From positions 1 through 26,960 of the IMG/VR virus record IMGVR_UViG_3300049049_000052: a stretch of 26,960 bases of DNA; one strand, written 5' to 3'. Below the pieces are notes generated by a model. That model saw only the letters and a list, made by a program, of their open reading frames with translations. It searched no databases and was not told the DNA's origin. The stretch comes from a virus. Its lineage: Duplodnaviria > Caudoviricetes. Below, in pieces: positions 17,042 through 25,222 of the stretch (its first letter is position 1; every line of letters begins with the position of its first letter). The translations under genes were made by a program, and so were the position numbers.

Positions 17042-18033
17042 ATCAGCCTTAATTGTGAATCATCCTTAAATCTTTCCTTACACTGCTGAAGGTTGATTAC
17101 AGCTTGCTTAAAATATGTCTCCTTTAGCTCTACTCCGACTGCTCTACGGCCAAGAGAAACAGGGCTGTAAACCTCTGATCCCACGCCCATATAAGGAGTA
17201 AAGACAACATCATTCGGATTACTCCATAGTTCAACACACCGATCAATTACATCCAGCTGCAACGGGTGAACATGCTTCTCATCATCCTCATCTTTGCTGT
17301 CTCTGAAAGGAAGGACGTTCTCTAATCTGATATCATCCCAGACCGAAGAGGCGTAACGCTGCCAGATGATGTGAGAAAGCTTGTTTGTTTTTGGGTCCGC
17401 CCAACCTTTAAATTTTTTCTTAAGGCTTTCAAAATCTCCATAGGTCTCTTGCATGGCTGGTAGCATAGGTGTTTCACCAAAGTATTCAGTAAGCCCTACC
17501 GGATGGGTAACTGGCACTTCTCTTTCGCCGCGCTTCTTAAAAATGAGTAGGTAGTCCGGTGATGCCGTAAAGCATTTGGAGCTGTCTTCAACTATTAATT
17601 TGTGCATGAGCGATCTAACCATTGTTCTCATTCTCACCTTCAATGGCTCCTTCCAGATGGTGATTCGATTCTTGTAATCAAATCCATGCTTGGCATGTAT
17701 TTTTATGATCTCATGCGGGAAGTCAAATAGGATCTCGGTTTTAGAATCCATTGTATCAGTGCAGTGGACCGCCGTAATTGTTCCCGGCTTTTGTATCCTG
17801 GCAATCTCAGAAACAGTGAATTCATATTGTGCCAGAAATTGCTCGAGCGTTTCGCAATTACTTAGGTCATTGACAGAGCTTGAATAGTTGTATAAAGCAC
17901 CACCATTCTTTTTAGCAAAAGGAGGTGAATAAACGCTAAGGTCAATGCTGTTGTCTGGCATTGATGGCATCACATACATATTGTCGCTGTGATACATTGC
18001 GTACCTATCGGTAATAACTTGGTCCTTAATCAT
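17038..18033 (-). CDS. amino (N4-C/N6-A) DNA methyltransferase, beta-class motif order
   Basis: catalytic YSPPF precedes HVHPLQ and the SAM-binding VFTPYMGVGS...GVELK. Confidence 0.88.
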   Translation of the reverse strand: MIKDQVITDRYAMYHSDNMYVMPSMPDNSIDLSVYSPPFAKKNGGALYNYSSSVNDLSNCETLEQFLAQYEFTVSEIARIQKPGTITAVHCTDTMDSKTEILFDFPHEIIKIHAKHGFDYKNRITIWKEPLKVRMRTMVRSLMHKLIVEDSSKCFTASPDYLLIFKKRGEREVPVTHPVGLTEYFGETPMLPAMQETYGDFESLKKKFKGWADPKTNKLSHIIWQRYASSVWDDIRLENVLPFRDSKDEDDEKHVHPLQLDVIDRCVELWSNPNDVVFTPYMGVGSEVYSPVSLGRRAVGVELKETYFKQAVINLQQCKERFKDDSQLRLI

Positions 18034-19418
18034 AAAAAAGATGGTAGTGTTATAGGTTTATCGAACTCTTTTGTTTTGATTTCGAATGATTGATTTATGT
18101 TGCTGTTTAATTTATCAAAGAGTTCATTTGCCTTATGAGCTTTAGCTACCAAACTATCCATCACTCTTTTCTGACCGTCTGAGAATACCAGATCCGCGAT
18201 CACGGTTCTCTTTTGTCCGAATCGCCAGAACCTCCTTATGGCTTGGTAATACTGCTCATAACTGAATGTTGGAAAGAACACTGTATGGTTGCAGTGTTGC
18301 CAGTTCAGACCGAATGCTGTGATTTTTGGCTTCGTGATGAGTTTTTTAATTTCGCCTCTTGAGAATGCTAGAAGCATTTCCTCCTTCTTATCAAGGTTCA
18401 GGCTTCCTTTAATTTGATAAGCATCTTTATCAATCTGCTGAATGAGATCCCCTTCATTATTTAGATTGCACCAATAAACAGTGCCTTCGTGCTGACTTGC
18501 TAAGTCCACAGCCTTCTCACATCTTTTCTGAATTGTTAATTTATTTTCCTCTCTCACTTCAGCCATCCGTCTGGCTATTTCATTGAATAACATGACCTGT
18601 CCATTGATCACCATATTCTTATCATTCTTGACAGAATTATAATTGACCTGAAGCTCTGGTAATATGTGCTTGCTGTCATCAAAATTCAGATCGGACGGCT
18701 TTCTCATTGATATGCTCCAGCCGGAAACCCATTTAAAGAAAGCTTCTTTGGCATGGCCTTTTAGAACCCACTCCGTACCAATGTTCATTGGAGAAACAGT
18801 ATCCTCGTTATTCTTAAAGAACTTCCCGAGCATATCTGTATATCCCATATACCCCAAGGCCTCTGAGCTGGTCCCTAATTCAATGAAATCATTCGGTGAA
18901 GGTGTTGCTGTAAAAAGAAATCTATACTTTACTTTCTTCAGGAAACTTGTTATTTGCTGCTTGATAGCGCCGTCAAAGTTTTTCAGAATTGAACTTTCAT
19001 CCAGGATAACACAGTCGAAGTCTGAAGGATTGAAATGGGACAGCCTTTCATAGTTGCATACCACAATCTTATAATTGAACCGGCCATCTTTTGAATATCC
19101 CACATCATCAATCTGAAATTTTTCAGCCTCATCAATTACTTGGAAGGCAACTGCCAGGGGTGTAATTATCAGAACCCTTTTATTGGTTGCCAGCAAATAG
19201 TTCTTAGCTACCGTTAATTCGATTAAAGTTTTACCCAGGCCCGTATCAATGAAGCCAGCACACCTGCCTTTTTCTATTGCATGACTAGCAACATACTTCT
19301 GAAAATCAAACATTCTATCAGGTAGATAATCTGCTTTTATTCCATAATTATTAGAAGTATGCCTCTTCTGCTCAAGAAACCGTTTATAGGCTTGGTCTGA
19401 TTCAAATGTGTGTGTCAT
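18030..19418 (-). CDS. SF2 (SNF2-like) helicase/ATPase
   Basis: DTGLGKT, ILDESS, TATP, GLNWQ, QAIRRFWRFGQ; probable ATG at 19418, just after the upstream stop (ORF track extends to 19442). Confidence 0.9.
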   Translation of the reverse strand: MTHTFESDQAYKRFLEQKRHTSNNYGIKADYLPDRMFDFQKYVASHAIEKGRCAGFIDTGLGKTLIELTVAKNYLLATNKRVLIITPLAVAFQVIDEAEKFQIDDVGYSKDGRFNYKIVVCNYERLSHFNPSDFDCVILDESSILKNFDGAIKQQITSFLKKVKYRFLFTATPSPNDFIELGTSSEALGYMGYTDMLGKFFKNNEDTVSPMNIGTEWVLKGHAKEAFFKWVSGWSISMRKPSDLNFDDSKHILPELQVNYNSVKNDKNMVINGQVMLFNEIARRMAEVREENKLTIQKRCEKAVDLASQHEGTVYWCNLNNEGDLIQQIDKDAYQIKGSLNLDKKEEMLLAFSRGEIKKLITKPKITAFGLNWQHCNHTVFFPTFSYEQYYQAIRRFWRFGQKRTVIADLVFSDGQKRVMDSLVAKAHKANELFDKLNSNINQSFEIKTKEFDKPITLPSFL

Positions 19419-19419
19419 G

Positions 19420-19722
19420 TTATCTAAATTCAAATCGTTCATTAATTTCTTCTATGGTTGCACTGAACGGAAAACTTTCCTTTGGTACCTGCTCAATAGC
19501 ATTCATTAAATACCCTGACCCAGTAAACAATACCCGCATTTCTACTCCCATATTTATTTGGAGGTGTAGACATTTGCCGTTTCCCTTATCAGGATATTTC
19601 GATGGTGCGATGATATAATCATGCACTGAAACCTCTTTGTTGATCACTTTTTTAATCGAAATCTTTTCACCCTGTAATGATTTTACAGATGACTTTATTC
19701 CAAAATCTTTAAACTGTTTCAT
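19420..19722 (-). CDS. 100-aa protein coupled to the RT; candidate DGR accessory factor
   Basis: start overlaps the RT stop by 14 nt; beta-strand-like pattern, unlike the helical Avd. Confidence 0.7.
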   Translation of the reverse strand: MKQFKDFGIKSSVKSLQGEKISIKKVINKEVSVHDYIIAPSKYPDKGNGKCLHLQINMGVEMRVLFTGSGYLMNAIEQVPKESFPFSATIEEINERFEFR

Positions 19723-20668
19723 TCAATAATTTTTTCAATAAATGTTTACTGTTACAATGCTTTGCCCAGCCTGTATAAGAGGCTATTGATTCACGATTCT
19801 TTCTTCTGGAAAGCATCCTGGCGAAATTCTTTTTGATGGTCTTTCTAAGCCGCGTATGCGTGTGATAGAAGCAGTATCCTACAAAGTCAATGCTCCGAGC
19901 CTGCACTGGAAAAATCTGATAGTTATCCTTTACCTTGAGATTTAATTCATTATTCAGATACTCTGTGATCTCAGAAAGGACCTGATGCAGGTACGGTTTA
20001 TTATCTGAGAGTATTACCAGATCATCGGCATAGCGGAAGTAATACTTTACACCCTTTTGTTCTTTAATCCAATGATCAAAATAGGTGAGGTAGAAATTCG
20101 CAAAGTATTGGCTCAGATAATTACCGATCGGCAAACCTTCCGCGCTGTCAATAATTCCATCCAAAAGCCAGAGAAGATCCTGATCTTTAATCTTCCGGCG
20201 TAAAAGCTGTTTTAGAATTGCATGGTCAATGTTCGGATAGAACTTCTTAATGTCCAGCTTCAGACAGTATTGGGTACCGGCAACATCTTTCAATGCCTTC
20301 CGGACTGCATAAGCTGCGGCATGTATGCCTTTGCCTTTAATGCAGCTGTAAGTATCAGCAGTGAATGTGGAGATGAAAATAGGCTCCATGATATTCATTA
20401 CCGCATGATGTGTGATCCGATCTGGAAAGTATGGGAGCCTGAATATTACTCTCTCCTTTGGTTCGTAAATCGTAAATGTGGTATAGGCAGATGTCTTATA
20501 CGTCTTATTCTTCAGCATCAGGTGAAGCGCCCAGATGTTGGCATCCTGATCCCTTTCATGGAGCTGGACACCATACTGGCCGAGCTTTCCCTTCCTTGCC
20601 TTCTGATCAGCCAGGTAAAGGTTATCAATGCTGTAGATTTGTTCGTATAAGTTTTTTAATCGTTTCAT
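19709..20668 (-). CDS. DGR-type reverse transcriptase
   Basis: LKLDIKKFYPNI, GLPIGNYLSQYFAN (DGR-type GxxxSQ), YFRYADD, IDFVGY. About 319 aa from ATG 20668 (ORF track extends to 20737). No maturase or endonuclease domain; adjacent to a TR/VR set. Confidence 0.95.
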   Translation of the reverse strand: MKRLKNLYEQIYSIDNLYLADQKARKGKLGQYGVQLHERDQDANIWALHLMLKNKTYKTSAYTTFTIYEPKERVIFRLPYFPDRITHHAVMNIMEPIFISTFTADTYSCIKGKGIHAAAYAVRKALKDVAGTQYCLKLDIKKFYPNIDHAILKQLLRRKIKDQDLLWLLDGIIDSAEGLPIGNYLSQYFANFYLTYFDHWIKEQKGVKYYFRYADDLVILSDNKPYLHQVLSEITEYLNNELNLKVKDNYQIFPVQARSIDFVGYCFYHTHTRLRKTIKKNFARMLSRRKNRESIASYTGWAKHCNSKHLLKKLLNETV

Positions 20669-20730
20669 GCCTTTGCTTATTCCGGTCGCGTTCCCATAGG
20701 TACCAGCGCCCTTTAATAAAAAGTTGTTTT

Positions 20731-20870
20731 TTGCCATGTTGGCAAGGTTTACACTGCAACATCATTGTGCATAGGTGCGAGCTGACATTCGAATTCGTGT
20801 TCGAGTTATCGTAGTCGTTGTTCGAAAAGCTGGAACTAGCCTAACAACCGCTCACGCAGCATACAACCTT
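20731..20870 (-). ncRNA. predicted DGR template RNA (TR enclosed by a long-range stem, with a 3' hairpin)
   Basis: 20856-20870 pairs with 20744-20757 (14 bp including 2 G-U and 1 bulge); hairpin TTGCCA-ACA-TGGCAA at 20731-20745. Confidence 0.65.
20769..20840 (-). repeat. DGR template repeat (TR)
   Basis: GCTAGTTCCAGCTTTTCGAACAACGACTACGATAACTCGAACACGAATTCGAATGTCAGCTCGCACCTATGC; 72 nt, 21 A, rich in AAC/AAT, intergenic. Confidence 0.95.
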
Positions 20871-20877
20871 CACTGAT

Positions 20878-21246
20878 CTATTTTGAAAGGAGAAAATATT
20901 CCTTGTATAGAGATTTAAATTGCTTGCCGGCGTACACAGCTAAATCATACGACTTAAAGCAAAGGCGCGAGCCGACACCCGAAGACGTGAACGAGTAAGC
21001 GTAGTCGTGGTACGAAAAGCCGGAACCAGCCTTGTCCATCCAAAACCATGGATAATACTTATATTCATTGCTGTCTTTCCAGTTCGGTTTCCAGCCGGCA
21101 TTAAGAGCACGGGCAATGATCACCAGTTTATAATGAGCTATGATTGCTTTGCGATCCTTTGCTGGTATTCCGGTAACTATTGGTAATTTCTTTGGATCGA
21201 GTTTGAGGGCCTTACAGGCATCGTTAAAAGTTTTGATCTTATTCAT
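20878..21246 (-). CDS. DGR target protein 1 (122 aa)
   Basis: contains VR1 encoding AGSGFSYHDYAYSFTSSGVGSRLC; paralog of 21256-21729. Confidence 0.92.
   Translation of the reverse strand: MNKIKTFNDACKALKLDPKKLPIVTGIPAKDRKAIIAHYKLVIIARALNAGWKPNWKDSNEYKYYPWFWMDKAGSGFSYHDYAYSFTSSGVGSRLCFKSYDLAVYAGKQFKSLYKEYFLLSK
20959..21030 (-). repeat. variable repeat VR1
   Basis: 15 mismatches to the TR, all at TR adenines; 0 of 51 non-A positions differ. Confidence 0.95.
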
Positions 21247-21255
21247 GGTTATAGG

Positions 21256-21729
21256 TTATAGGGTGAAAGCATCTTTATAAATTGATAGAAACTGTTTACC
21301 AGCATATCTTGCCAGCTCTTCAGACTTAAAGCAAAGGCGCGAGCCGACACCCGAAGTCGTGTACGAGCCACCGTAGACGTCGTTCGAAAAGCCGGAACCA
21401 GCCCTCATGTCAAACCACGGATAGTATTTGTACTGGCTTGAGTTATTCCAATCTGGAACCCATCCTTCATTAAGGGCGCGGGCGATTATGAATAACTTTG
21501 CATAAGCAATGATCGCGGCAGCATCTTTTGAATTCGTGCTTGGTAATTGATCAGATGGATTTAAACCCAGTACCTTACAGGCATCTTCATAGGTTTTCAC
21601 CCGCTCCATAATGTTCTTTGGCTTAAATGTCTCAGGCCCGAACAGGTTACTGAGTACTTTTTGTACATCTGAGCATCCTTCATTGAAGGCTTTCAGAGCA
21701 TTGTCTTTACTGATGTTTAAGGTTTCCAT
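21256..21729 (-). CDS. DGR target protein 2 (157 aa)
   Basis: contains VR2 encoding AGSGFSNDVYGGSYTTSGVGSRLC; about 40-aa N-terminal extension relative to target 1. Confidence 0.92.
   Translation of the reverse strand: METLNISKDNALKAFNEGCSDVQKVLSNLFGPETFKPKNIMERVKTYEDACKVLGLNPSDQLPSTNSKDAAAIIAYAKLFIIARALNEGWVPDWNNSSQYKYYPWFDMRAGSGFSNDVYGGSYTTSGVGSRLCFKSEELARYAGKQFLSIYKDAFTL
21331..21402 (-). repeat. variable repeat VR2
   Basis: 14 mismatches to the TR, all at TR adenines; 0 of 51 non-A positions differ. Confidence 0.95.
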
Positions 21730-21745
21730 TTTTATAGATTTAAGG

Positions 21746-22045
21746 TTATTTACTCATTGTCTTTTCCCGCCACAGTTCTCTTACTGTTTTGGGCTCAGGA
21801 AATAAATTGTCCTGTCTCCCTGTTAATGCTACTGGACCGCCTTTACTTTTCCGCTTCTGTGCCCTAGCATCCTTCCAGTTGTTTTTCATCTTTGCCCGGT
21901 GTACAAAGAATGGATCTGATCCGTCTTCAGAAGCACTCATTATGATCAGGTACCCACCAGGCTCACCAACTATATAAGCTATCGGAGGCTTGCCGGCCAT
22001 CCTGCCTATGTGAATCATCTTCTGGCCGATCCTGTATTCCTCCAT
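21746..22045 (-). CDS. hypothetical protein
   Basis: 99-aa ORF abutting the upstream stop. Confidence 0.6.
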   Translation of the reverse strand: MEEYRIGQKMIHIGRMAGKPPIAYIVGEPGGYLIIMSASEDGSDPFFVHRAKMKNNWKDARAQKRKSKGGPVALTGRQDNLFPEPKTVRELWREKTMSK

Positions 22046-22273
22046 TCACTTATTTATCTTTTTAAAAATCATTCTTTGTTGAAAGTATTTTTCTCCGAAT
22101 TTTTCAGACTCCCACTCTATTTTGTCTCTTATTTCATCTATGTTATCCCAAATCAATTTGCTTATCCCGCCAATACTTATTTTATGTTTTAACCTTCCGT
22201 GTATCTGGCGGTATGTTACCCAATCGTCACCTATCACAGATAAAATAAGATTTAGCTTTTCGTCTTTAGTCAT
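22046..22273 (-). CDS. hypothetical protein, possibly winged HTH
   Basis: 75 aa; WVTYRQI...ISIGGISKLI pattern. Confidence 0.55.
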   Translation of the reverse strand: MTKDEKLNLILSVIGDDWVTYRQIHGRLKHKISIGGISKLIWDNIDEIRDKIEWESEKFGEKYFQQRMIFKKINK

Positions 22274-22282
22274 TTGTAGATG

Positions 22283-22561
22283 TTAATTTATTTTCTGAAT
22301 CCAGCTGGCTTTCGCCTGGGTGTTATACACATTCTCATCACGGAACTTCGTTTCCACATACCATTCGATTTTTATCTTTTCCCCGACAAGTAAACTTTCA
22401 GCGATAGCGCCTACGGCTTTAAATGCGCTGAATACAACCAGTCTTCTTTTGCTCCCGAAATCAACATCAGCCTCAAATGTGAATAGAGTGTATGGCCCTG
22501 AATCGCCTACTATCTTCTTGGGCGGCATCTTCTTTGTTATTGTTGCGAAACTTTCAATCAT
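22283..22561 (-). CDS. small OB-fold / SSB-like protein (DUF3127-like)
   Basis: beta-rich; LLVGEKIKIEWYVETK...YNTQAKASWI resembles an OB-fold C-terminal half. Confidence 0.55.
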   Translation of the reverse strand: MIESFATITKKMPPKKIVGDSGPYTLFTFEADVDFGSKRRLVVFSAFKAVGAIAESLLVGEKIKIEWYVETKFRDENVYNTQAKASWIQKIN

Positions 22562-22562
22562 A

Positions 22563-22784
22563 TTATCTTATTCGGTTATTTCTGATGACAATTTGTTTTT
22601 TGTGATGCTTCTTAAGCTTTCTAAATGATCTCAGCGATGTTTCCAGGTCAGAGAGTTTAGATTCAAAGAATTCCGGATTAAACCAGAAGTCAGAATCACT
22701 ATCCCTGCGGAGCTTATCCATCAGTCCACTTACTATGTAATGGCTGAGTGGCTTTATTGATCTCGGATTTATCTGCAGGTTCAT
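22563..22784 (-). CDS. hypothetical protein
   Basis: 73-aa ORF with 4-nt overlap. Confidence 0.55.
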   Translation of the reverse strand: MNLQINPRSIKPLSHYIVSGLMDKLRRDSDSDFWFNPEFFESKLSDLETSLRSFRKLKKHHKKQIVIRNNRIR

Positions 22785-23128
22785 AGCTTATAATCATTTG
22801 AGTGTTCCTTCCACCACTTCTCAGCTACAGACTTAAGAATCCTGGCGCGCTTTCCTCTGCCGCCATCAAATGGAACAGGGTTCTTTTTCTGCCTGATCAT
22901 TTTATCCAGCGTGGTCTGACTTACTTTGAAGTATTTCATAAAATCGCTCTTCGTGAAGTATTCATCAGATTCAGGCTTAGGTATCTCCTTAAGCATCTTT
23001 GCCCGCTCTTCACTCATGAGAAGCTGAAATTCCCCTACAGTTAAATCAATTAGCCTGGTTGATGGTGTCATAATTAAGCTGCTATTAATTTTTTCTTGAA
23101 TAAGTTTTTGTTCATCCATTCTCTGCAT
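22781..23128 (-). CDS. excisionase/MerR-like HTH DNA-binding protein (true start probably near 23071)
   Basis: LIDLTVGEF N-terminus; YFTKSDFMKYFKVSQTTLDKMIRQ HTH followed by a wing. Confidence 0.7.
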   Translation of the reverse strand: MQRMDEQKLIQEKINSSLIMTPSTRLIDLTVGEFQLLMSEERAKMLKEIPKPESDEYFTKSDFMKYFKVSQTTLDKMIRQKKNPVPFDGGRGKRARILKSVAEKWWKEHSNDYKL

Positions 23129-23862
23129 TCGATTACCCTGTCTTTCATTTTTTGGATCTTGGTATTATTCCTTAAAACATCAATCTCATAAAGCCTTTCA
23201 GCCATTGGAACATCATATTTCCAGTCCTTGCAATGCAATTCAAAATATGGGTGATGGCTTAGAAAAAGGGGCATGTCATAGATGTGATTTTTCTCAATCT
23301 CAATACAAGCATCAATGTATTCCTGTGGCTCTGTATCTATTACTCCCATCTTCCAGGCCAGCTTCTTTTTTTCATCCATAATCAAACTCGCCGGAGTATT
23401 TACAAGACAGTAAGCAACTGTGTGAACATTAGCTCCGGTCAGATCCAGATATGTCAAACCTTGGTATTCATAGCCAGCATCAACAGTGTCGCAGATTGAA
23501 GGCATCGTTGTCCAATCCCAGCAACTTTTTGTATCAATTGTCTTTTCTGCCTTTCTGATTTCTTCTCCTTTAAATAAATCCACTTCTCCGGTAAAAAAAT
23601 CATTCTCAAGCCTGATATCGTTTTTCTTGAACACCTCTTTTTTAAGGCGACTGTAGAGGGTTATAGAATCCTCCTCGACAGCGTTCCCCTTCTCGGTATA
23701 TTTATTCCCCTTGTCAGTTCTTCTTTGCCAGGTTAGCTCCCTGTAGATTTGAACCAACTTTCTTTTACAGGTAAGCGAATCCTCAACACTCCAACCTTTG
23801 GCAACACCAGTCATTATATCGCCCATCGAAGAGGCTCTGAATAAAATTTTATCTGCGTTCAT
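23074..23862 (-). CDS. YqaJ/lambda-exonuclease-like recombination nuclease
   Basis: RASS, KGNAVE, TGEVD, IDTKS and YQGLTY follow the PD-(D/E)xK lambda-exo pattern. Confidence 0.8.
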   Translation of the reverse strand: MNADKILFRASSMGDIMTGVAKGWSVEDSLTCKRKLVQIYRELTWQRRTDKGNKYTEKGNAVEEDSITLYSRLKKEVFKKNDIRLENDFFTGEVDLFKGEEIRKAEKTIDTKSCWDWTTMPSICDTVDAGYEYQGLTYLDLTGANVHTVAYCLVNTPASLIMDEKKKLAWKMGVIDTEPQEYIDACIEIEKNHIYDMPLFLSHHPYFELHCKDWKYDVPMAERLYEIDVLRNNTKIQKMKDRVIECREWMNKNLFKKKLIAA

Positions 23863-23881
23863 GTTGTAAGATTTTAATAGT

Positions 23882-25222
23882 TTACTTCTTTTCGATTAAT
23901 TCATACCTGATATCTCCTGCGTCATAGTCTGCTCTTTCGATCAGCAATTGCAAATCATTGTCGCTGGCCCAATTTTCAATTTCAGCCAATGTGTTTTTGT
24001 CTAAGAAGGAAGCATCAAAGTGTAGAGTCTCTACTTCTCCAATATTCATTGAAGCAATCCGGAGAGCAGCACAGTACAGTTTAGAGGAGCTTATTTGTGA
24101 TTTGTCCAAAGGAAACCCATCCACTGTAATTCCATCCAACGCGAACGCTATCCCTGCTGGCATCTTAGCCGACTTAATCAGGTTCTCCCTTTCTTCCTCA
24201 ATGGCCTTTACCTTTATATCCGCATCTTTCGCCTCGATAGCTGCAGCTTCAGTACTTCTTTTGTATTCGATATAATCCGCGTAGGCTTTAGCTTTTGTAT
24301 TCGTTTCTGACGCCTCAAGGATTTGTTTATCTATCACCTGAAGCTCTTTGTCATCTGGCATTTCAGGTACATATTCCGGTTCCTTTGGATAAAGCTCTGA
24401 TGCTACTTTGTCTTTCAGGATGGCTTTGCCTTTTGTCTTAACAAAATTCTCTAGCTCTTCACTATTAAATCCATCAGCCTTCAATACTCCCATCGCATCA
24501 TAGCATCTATTATATGCCAACCTGTTTTCTGTTTGCTGAGAATTAAATTCCGAAACCTCTTTATTGATTTCTTCCTTTTCTTTATTCCATTTATCACGGA
24601 GGAGATCATTGGCAGCCTTATTCTTCTTATAAAGATCATTCAGCCTGGTTCTCTCAACTTCTTTTTTTGCTTGTAGCTCGGTTAAATCAACCGTATCCAC
24701 TTTCTCGCATTCCAGCATTTGGGAAAGCTTTACATGAAATCTTTCAGCCTCTCTGTTTTTTTCTGTCCTGTCATCATATGCCAGCTTATATCGATTGTCG
24801 ATTTCTGTAAAGTCGATACCGACAATCTTTTGCAACTGCTTTGACTGATCCTTTGGGGAACTGTTAAGAAACTTGTCAATGTCAAAAGATGGAGGGAAAA
24901 ACCTTGCGACAATTTCTTTTGTCACCTTAGTCTTATAGCCCTCTTTGGTCAGGAATATTAATTTGTCCACTCCTTCAATGTCGAATTCCCATACAAACTT
25001 TTCTCCGGTTGTGAGTTCTATTGTTCCGCTTCCTTCCTTTTTTCCATTGGTTACAATTAACTCAGGCTTTATCCCTCTGATCCGGTCAATTACACCGCGC
25101 AAAAATGTGGACTTGCCTTTATTATTACCTCCGGTTAAGATGGCAGTGCATCCTTTGAAATCAATTTCTAAATCGCTGATGGCTTTGAAATTGGTAACTG
25201 ATATTTTTTGAATTTTGCTCAT
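23882..25222 (-). CDS. SMC/Rad50-like AAA ATPase with coiled coil
   Basis: KIQKISVTNFKAI, Walker A GGNNKGKST, long coiled coil, degenerate signature ISSS and Walker-B-like LHFDASFLD. Confidence 0.82.
   Translation of the reverse strand: MSKIQKISVTNFKAISDLEIDFKGCTAILTGGNNKGKSTFLRGVIDRIRGIKPELIVTNGKKEGSGTIELTTGEKFVWEFDIEGVDKLIFLTKEGYKTKVTKEIVARFFPPSFDIDKFLNSSPKDQSKQLQKIVGIDFTEIDNRYKLAYDDRTEKNREAERFHVKLSQMLECEKVDTVDLTELQAKKEVERTRLNDLYKKNKAANDLLRDKWNKEKEEINKEVSEFNSQQTENRLAYNRCYDAMGVLKADGFNSEELENFVKTKGKAILKDKVASELYPKEPEYVPEMPDDKELQVIDKQILEASETNTKAKAYADYIEYKRSTEAAAIEAKDADIKVKAIEEERENLIKSAKMPAGIAFALDGITVDGFPLDKSQISSSKLYCAALRIASMNIGEVETLHFDASFLDKNTLAEIENWASDNDLQLLIERADYDAGDIRYELIEKK

Larger units (their letters stand above)
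19420..21729 (-). mobile_element. diversity-generating retroelement cassette (target2-target1-TR-RT-ORF100)
   Basis: RT plus a non-coding TR plus two VRs differing from the TR only at adenines. Confidence 0.93.

Noticed and set aside
19709-20737. RT as a group II intron, retron or Abi RT
   Set aside because: It is short, has no maturase or endonuclease domain and no retron VTG motif. It has the DGR-type SQ motif and an adjacent TR/VR set with A-only mismatches.
20669-20737. 23-aa N-terminal extension of the RT given in the ORF track
   Set aside because: It overlaps the predicted structured spacer RNA; MKRLKNLYEQI at 20668 looks like a typical DGR RT start
20900-21330. GC-rich DNA hairpin downstream of each VR, as in BPP-1
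   Set aside because: Only weak, non-shared pairings were seen by eye after VR1 and VR2
20769-21402. Three similar repeats as a CRISPR array or simple duplication
   Set aside because: The units are 72 bp, irregularly spaced, and two are coding. No cas genes are present, and the strict adenine bias fits a DGR.
10805-25222. Complete Dnd phosphorothioation system (DndC-like plus the SMC-like ATPase as DndD)
   Set aside because: The genes are about 12 kb apart, the ATPase sits in a recombination module, and no dndB or dndE is seen
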